DNA of 59,974 nucleotides, filler included, from Catajapyx aquilonaris (Eukaryota): NCBI GenBank assembly GCA_000934665.2. It is 3 parts of 3 records of this genome, joined end to end, with 100 filler letters (N's around TTAATTAATTAA, not from the genome) between each part and the next. Parts side by side here need not be neighbours in the genome. Positions count along the whole stretch, not along the records: positions 31,438 to 59,974 come from KZ539687.1; 2 more parts are not named here. One strand, 5' to 3'. Shown piece by piece: positions 53,102 to 59,974 of this stretch (position 1 is its first letter; each line of letters starts with the position of its first letter). The notes under the pieces were generated by a model. It saw only the letters and a program-made list of their open reading frames with translations, ran no database searches and was not told where the DNA came from. The position numbers and the translations under genes were made by a program.

Positions 53102-53701
53102 ACGTAGGGATACGTAAATTTACAATGAACATGAGGTAATTTGATAACTGTGGTGTTCTATCCTTTATACCTTGCTTTATACTATTCATCACCACATGGC
53201 CACAATTACTTGCCGAAAATCGTAATATTATTCGGCCACCCACCAGGAAATGGACAATGGTGGGCACATTAATAAGATGTGATAAAAAGTTTCGATTCAG
53301 ATTACCTGGACTATAATGGCTAATATATTATGAATAGTAACAATAGAGGTAGGAAGATACCAAAGTTGAAGTTAATTTGACAGTTAACAACTGAAATAAA
53401 TACTAAGCTTATTATACCTTATACCATTATACTTATTATAAAGGTAATAGTGAATTTTTGTGGGGGTCTGGAAAAATTGCTGTCACTGCGTTTATGCCTT
53501 ACTTGGCTAGACGTAAATTTTAATAATGAACCTGAAGGACCACACAAACTCAAAACCTGTATTGACATTAATTGCAAAAAATTTCGCAAGTTATTGTTAC
53601 CCGCGTTGTACATTTTGCATTTGCGCATCTTAATTTATGAAAATGTTCCTATTTTTTCAGAGCTTGATTGTGTAGTCAGCCTTGAAGAAGACGCCAGTTG
53701 A
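52904..53701 (+). CDS. Putative micro-exon (52904-52936) and terminal exon (53661-53701): possible alternative 3' end of the 39843 gene
   Basis: 33-nt exon (D)IANATRTRTI in the conserved cassette, open only in phase 1, followed by the phase-1 terminal exon (E)LDCVVSLEEDAS-stop and AATAAA. Confidence 0.5.
53032..53100. repeat. (CAT)n microsatellite
   Basis: Perfect CAT run; it explains the poly-Asp ORF at 53028-53267. Confidence 0.95.
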
Positions 53702-54286
53702 CCAGAATTACAGTATGTTATTTAAACAATAACTCCCAGTCAATGAAATAAAACACTCGAAATCATAAAAGCAATTATTTCCAAATATTCCAAATAAAAA
53801 TTAAAACCAATACAAGTATTTTTGACCTAGGAATCTGTGTCCGGAAACGCCATCTAGAGGTACGTGGTTCATTAGTCATAGACAAGGTACGCGTGCGCTC
53901 AGACGCGTCAGGCGGGCAGCGATAGCGAGCGGACCATTTAGTTGCTAGGTGGCGCGCGGATTGTACGCAACTTCGCAATTCGCCATAACCTGGCAGAGCC
54001 ACCTCGCGACTTGCGAGGTGGCTCTGTTGTTGCCATGTTAAGGCGAATTACGAAGTTGTGTCCAATCCGCGCGCCACCTAGCTGATATAGGCCATCGAAT
54101 CATAGAGCATTCCATGTATACACGTGTACTATACAAGTGTTCAGTAGGTATGCATGGTAAGGTGATTAATACGTACATAGGCTCTGTTTATTATGCGGCA
54201 TGTGGTTCGCAGGAGGCCATCTTGAACATCTGGACCTACTATTGCGATGTACCGACATACATAATTTGGCCAACATTTTTCCCTAA

Positions 54287-55964
54287 TAGTCCAGGTGCTA
54301 AGGGTTTGAACGTTGCATTTTGTGACAAAAGTATGAAACTTGGTACCTTGTTCATTGGACACTTCTGATCATATCTGGACGTGGGGACACAACGGCCCAC
54401 TCCGGTGCAGGTCACTTTCGCAGGGTTGCCATAACTACCAGCAGGTGACGCACCTAAATTAATATCCTCTCGTACAAAGCCAATTGACCACCTCAGCCCA
54501 TGAATTTTGAGTCATATTTTCATACCGATTTTCAGACGCGATTGAGACACGGTCATGATGACTCTGGCTCCCTACACCTGTACTCTCAATACCTTAAATA
54601 TAATTAAATCAAATTACCTGTATAATAATAATAATGCCTGATTAAGTGGGGCATGGTGGTCTAGTGGCTTTGCTACGGGCCAGCCAAGCGGGAGGTCCGG
54701 GGTTCAAATCCCGTCCCCCGCCACCCCTGCTTGGTCGGGTCTTTTTGTGCTTTGCACCCGACATGTCCGGGCAGATTCGCACTCCCTACTATACCCAGGG
54801 CCAGGAAAAAAGGTCTGGTATTTAAGAGGGTCAGAAATGACTAGAAACTGTTTAAGAGCGCCTTCCCTTGGGAACCTCCCCCTACGCCCGTGGACCAGGG
54901 CTCTTCGTCGCAACAGCCATGTAATGATTGTAAAGCACATGAATACAGGTATGTGTAATACCTCGTAAGAGATCAACACTACCCAATTATTATAAGGCCT
55001 GATTATTATTATTCAAAACTCTTCCAGTACCTCTTATTATATCGACCTTCTGTGCTAAATGACCATATTCCACTTCGATAAGGCCTACAGTACACTGCAC
55101 GTGCAGCAGAGAAATACAGAAATCCACGTAACCTAAATATCACGTGTACAGTATAGGTTTGCATAGGATTTAAAACATATGTTCTGTTAATTATTCCACA
55201 TGTGGTTCTGCTTTCTAGGTGGCCATGTCACCGATTGCACATTAGCACTGAAAAAATAAGGAACATTAATCTTGGAGAGAAAGTGTGCACCTTTTTAAAA
55301 ACTATAGTGAAGGCCAACTCAAGTGACATGCTATCTTTAGTGCCTAATTTTAACTTGCACTTCTTGCAGCTGGTACCTTGAAACCTTCCCCGTAAAAGCA
55401 TCGTCTGAATAAGCAAATATGCATAATATGATGGAGGCACTATCGCGGGGTTGTCATATATCTATGAGACTGTGCAACATGTGTTTATACGTATTTGAAT
55501 ATGGTGCTTGGTTTCGGGAGATAATGACGTGAAACTAGATATACTATTTCTTTGGACACTTGTGAGCATATCTGGACGTTGGGCCACGATTACCGACCCC
55601 GCTGGATGCCACTACGGCTATGTTGCACAATGTTGCACATTCTGTAAGATATGACAACCCCGCGATAGTGCTCTCCATCAGGGTGGGTCATTGTGGCCCC
55701 ACGTCCATATACAGCATGTTAGGAATCGGAAGTGTGCAAAGAACTAGTGTACCGAGTTTCAAGTCTTTGTCACCAAATGCAAGTTCCCTATTCAAACATA
55801 AACGCATGTTGTATAATCTGGAAACATCGCGGCAGTGACCTCCACCGGGGTGGGTCATCGTGTCCCCACGTCCAGATATGTTTAGAAGTGTCCAAAGAAC
55901 AAGTGTACAAAGTGTCATACTTTTGTTACAAAATGCAACGTTCAAACCCTTAGCATCCGGACTA
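54287..55964. mobile_element. Third copy of the TAG...CTA foldback family, carrying unrelated internal sequence
   Basis: TAGTCCAGGTGCTAAGGGTTTGAACGTTGCATTTTGT pairs with ACAAAATGCAACGTTCAAACCCTTAGCATCCGGACTA. Confidence 0.7.
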
Positions 55965-56992
55965 TTAGGGAAATGTTGGCCAAATTATGTATGTTGGTAG
56001 TTATTTGACTAGCACCTCATCCATCATCACCGACGATCCCTTTTAAAGGGAATGAATATTGTGATGGTTATAATAATTACTTTGCCGTCGAAAATCAACT
56101 TGTGCATGATGTTGGTTGTTGTCCTTGATAAAGTCTCTCTTTATCTGTTTATCAGCCCATGAATTTTGAGTCATATTTTCATACCGATTTTCAGACGCGA
56201 TTGAGACACGGTCATGATGACTCCGGCTCCCTACACCTGTACTCTCAATACCACGATGATGTCGGATATCGCCAACAATGACTACTACAGCGATTCTATA
56301 CTATCAAGAGTTATTAACTCCATATTCCACTTCGATAAGGCCTACACTATAGACTACACGTACACCACAGAAATATAGCATTACACGTTATCCTTTACAC
56401 ACGTGTACAGTTGTAGGTTTGCATAGCATTTAGAACATATGTTCTGTTAATTATTCTACATGTGGTTCTGGTTTCCAGGTGGCCAGGTCACCGTTTCCAC
56501 ATCAGCACTGAAGAAATGCGTTGCTCGGCAAATTTTATGAATATAAAGCGATGCTTTATCAAGGATAAAAACCATCATCATGGACCAGTACATTTAGTGT
56601 ACCAAAATCATTACCTTCACCCTCACAATATTGCCTCCCCATAAATGGATAATAATAATAATTAGTGGTGAAGGAGGAGATCCTAGTTTATTTAGGATTA
56701 ATAAATTGACATTTTATGATTGTTAAAAATAAAATGATAGGAACAACTGTACTATTTGTAACTGTATGTTCCTAACAATTCTTATTCTCCTTAGGAACAT
56801 CTACGTCCTGGCCGGGTTTTTGAACTCTGGGTTTCATGACTTTCATCATCATCCTGCACAGCTGTATGAATCAACCTACTGGATGCATAAGCACAATCGT
56901 CCGTAATTATCATACGGGTATAAAAACACCTGGCTAAGAGAAGCCCTTCAGACACTTCTTCATCAGCAACCGGAGCAGATACCAGCACCAAG

Positions 56993-58484
56993 ATGAAGCT
57001 CCTCCTGATGTTCTGCTTTTTGATCCTTCTCGTGGCCAGTGTTCGCACAGCTCCGATCAACTTAGGTAATACATATCTCAATTTTATGACATACGGTACG
57101 TGACATTCAGTTTTTTTTTTAATTATATTAAAACTCTCTTTCGCACTAAAACGGAATGTGGTGCACGTGATTGTTGGCCATTAACATTGAAAAATTATTT
57201 ACCTAGGGTATACAGGGTGTATCAAAACTCTACCGTAAGCCTTATGCCAATGGCATAAGGGGCACCAGGGAATCAATTAATGTAGAGGAGTCATTATGTC
57301 TAGGCAGCCTCATTACTGAGATAATTGATCCTTTGCGATTTAGCAATTGGGCCTAAGAGTGATTGTCACAGATTGTCACAGATTGTCTCAAATTGTCACA
57401 GATCACATGCGACATGCAGTACACTTGCGACATGCTAGTAGCTAAATGGAAAAGCTGCTATTTCCACGAGTGATGCGATGTCGGGGCTGAAGGTTTCCAT
57501 ACCTCCCAAGATACTTTGTACTACGTGTTTGAAGGCAATTATCTCCGTAATGAGGCTGCAAGACATGATGACCCCTCTACATATAATGATGCTCTGGTGC
57601 CCCTTATGCCATTGGCACATAGCTTACGGTAGAGTTATGATACACCCTGTATACATATGAGACGATGCTTTCACATAATTCTCCGGTTCCAGGCCAACGG
57701 CAGTGGGGTACGCTACTTGAAAAAATAGTATGTAATTGAGATTTCCCTGTAACATGCTCTTCTTCCGAGTAATTCGAGTCAAAGAGTGTGATACATACAG
57801 TTGACTACTCATTGAAAATCGCTGGAAATACAATGTAGTCTACTCCCGACCGGGGGTTGATTCGCAGTGCATCGCCCCCCCCCCCCCCCAAAAAAAATAA
57901 TAATTTAAAATTGAAGTCCAAAAAAATGCTTCCAATTTTCGCCCCACTGCTAGATACTGATAACTAGCAGTACCAGTGCTGCTAAGTCGGCAATAAGTAT
58001 AGCAGTGGGACGAAAATTGCAGCTACTGTCAATATGTCTCGTGAAAGAAATCATATTTAAAAAATTGTCTAAAAGACGAAGTAAAAAATAATCTATGACG
58101 GGTTTTATTATTTTTATTCAACAAAAGGACATAGTACTCTCTATAGTCTATACAGCACTAGCATAATTATTAAAAACCTGTTCACAGCTCATTAATTCTT
58201 ACGATATCAACGACCATTTTCCGATTATTATCTGTGTTTTCCGATTATCCGGCAACACCCGTGCTGCCATTAGTCCGGATAATCGGGAGAGCAGTGGATT
58301 GGGGAATGTAATACCGTTGAATCCGGATATAGCAGCCTCGGCTATGACCGACTTTCGGTAATAAAAGACACGAAAGGCCGGAAAGTAATATCGAGGAACT
58401 TACGTCCAAAAATACTGAGAAAGTTAATAATTGTCTTTTATCTATTTGCAGGTGCACCGAATGGGTTCTTCGTAATTGCAATAG
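56993..58484 (+). CDS. Second micro-exon gene paralogue; 3' end probably outside the window
   Basis: Exon 1 is 56993-57065 (MKLLLMFCFLILLVASVRTAPINL, phase-1 GTAATA). 33-nt cassette exon 58452-58484 (G)APNGFFVIAI. Confidence 0.6.
57213..57649. mobile_element. Tc1/mariner-type MITE
   Basis: TA-CAGGGTGTATCA(A/T)AACTCTACCGTAAGC TIRs at both ends. Confidence 0.85.
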
Positions 58485-59022
58485 GTAAGTGAGACTTAAC
58501 TATAAAGTCATCTAGTTTTTAACAAGCACTTCTGTCCGAGTAATTCGAGTCAAAGAGAGTGATACAGGCAGTAGACTACTCACTGGAAATTGTTGGAAAT
58601 ACTCCGTACTCCCGATTATCCGGAGGCTGATTATTATCCGTGCATCGCAAAAAATGAAGTTTAAAATTATAGTCCGAAAATATGCGCCAAGTTTTCGTCC
58701 CATTGCTAGATACTGCTAACTTTAGCAGTACCAGTACGTCAAAGTTAGTAGTAAGTTGCAGTGGGTCCAAAATGGGGCTGGCTCACCGAAAGTTTGGCCG
58801 CCAGGCGGCGTTAGTGGGCAAAAGGTTATTGTTTTTCCCTCTATACGGGCCGCATGCACGGGTCGAGAGTGCAGGGTTGCCTCTAAAAATTTATTCCGGC
58901 CGAACTGGGAGTCGCCCTGGTGTGACAGTGCCCCCATCGTCGAGAGGAGATTCCGAGGATTCCGTCAATGTCCATATAAGCCGCAAATACTATGCGGTTA
59001 TTTTACTTGAGAATTTAATATC

Positions 59023-59821
59023 AAATTATATCAAAAACTTTCCCTTCAGTAAAAAAAAGGGTAGTAAGACCTCCGCGGCGGAATGAAAGTACTGAAACAA
59101 GGCAGGCGCACGTAAGACCTTCACCAATTGATTTAAGCTGTACCATAGGTCTTACTCAAGCAATTTCCAATTATTCACTGCTCATGAATTCTCCTTTCTG
59201 AAACAAATCTGTGGAATTTCTGTCGTACTACTAGTTACTTCTAACTTTGCAGTACCAGTGTAGTGCAATGGTACTGCTAAGTTAGCAGTAACTACAGACC
59301 TATAGTTAATAGTAATAATAGTAGTACGACGAAAATTCCACCCATTAATTTTCCATGAGCCACTCCATATTAGTGTTTTATGAAATTAGGAACTTCAATA
59401 TTAAGCACATTGAATTTCTCTGCGATTAGTGAGAATTATTGCCATGAAACATTCATGCAGAATCGTCACCTCTTTTTGATGCTGATTTTAACTCTAACGT
59501 TTAATTTTTCACATATAAACGTTAATTGGTGAATTTTAAAGGGTCTTTTTCGATTGGACCAAGTCTGTAGAATGGGTTTAGTTTTTCCTCCATTTTTTTC
59601 TTTTCAAAATAAAACCCTACATACTACTCTGAGTAGTTTGCGGCAGTCATTTTACGAGCCGTTCCATACCGGACTTTAGAATTGCTTGAGTAAGACCTAT
59701 GGTACAGCTTAAATCAATTGGTGAAGGTCTTACGTGCGCCTGCCTTGTTTCAGTACTTTCATTCCGCCGCGGAGGTCTTACTACCCTTTTTTTACTGAAG
59801 GGAAAGTTTTTGATATAATTT
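59023..59821. repeat. ~142-bp near-perfect inverted repeat pair
   Basis: 59023-59165 is the reverse complement of 59680-59821 except for one base in a homopolymer. Confidence 0.9.
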
Positions 59822-59974
59822 CAGTTCTTTTTTGACAGTACACATAACTTATGCTCTACAGTGTCTACACTATACAGTCTGCACTATGAATGCATTGGAG
59901 ACAATTTTCATCGCTTAGAAGTCCCTAAAATTATTTGCACAGAGACAGTCGTAAAAAAACGAAAGAGGAGTGCT

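Larger units (their letters stand above)
47121..57100 (+). repeat. Segmental duplication, copy 2
   Basis: Same block order as copy 1, interrupted by different insertions. Confidence 0.9.

Noticed and set aside
40050..58510. CRISPR-like look of conserved repeats with 33-48 nt variable spacers
   Set aside because: The DNA is eukaryotic, the repeat units are ~400 bp and dispersed, the inserts are bounded by AG/GT splice sites, and there are no cas genes.

Overview
Eukaryotic genomic DNA from a draft assembly with four N-gap regions. It is most likely arthropod, but the species cannot be determined from the sequence alone. The first 12 kb is a compact block of intron-containing genes: HEATR6 (minus, running off the left edge), Borealin/CDCA8 (minus), an unrecognised 5-exon gene with a PGPGRY motif (plus) and RFC5 (plus). 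The 16-31 kb region holds a secreted Ala/Pro-rich small-exon gene with a duplicated 3' module, an intron-retaining ILF2 pseudogene fragment, a CCDC166-like coiled-coil gene, and an LRR gene with an acidic tail plus a truncated paralogue. The 31-60 kb region looks like repeat-only DNA: a roughly 16-17 kb tandem segmental duplication full of MITEs, foldback elements and SINEs. It appears to hide a micro-exon gene family that the ORF track cannot show. TATA-driven signal-peptide first exons (39843, 56993) are followed by five copies of a conserved ~400-bp intron cassette. Each cassette encloses a different 33-48 nt AG/GT-flanked exon whose length is a multiple of 3, and phase 1 is the only frame open in all five. 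There are also 21-nt Gly-rich micro-exons and three homologous terminal exons. This architecture resembles schistosome micro-exon genes (combinatorial secreted peptides) and is the main candidate for an undescribed system. All gene models were read by eye from splice signals and have no transcript support.
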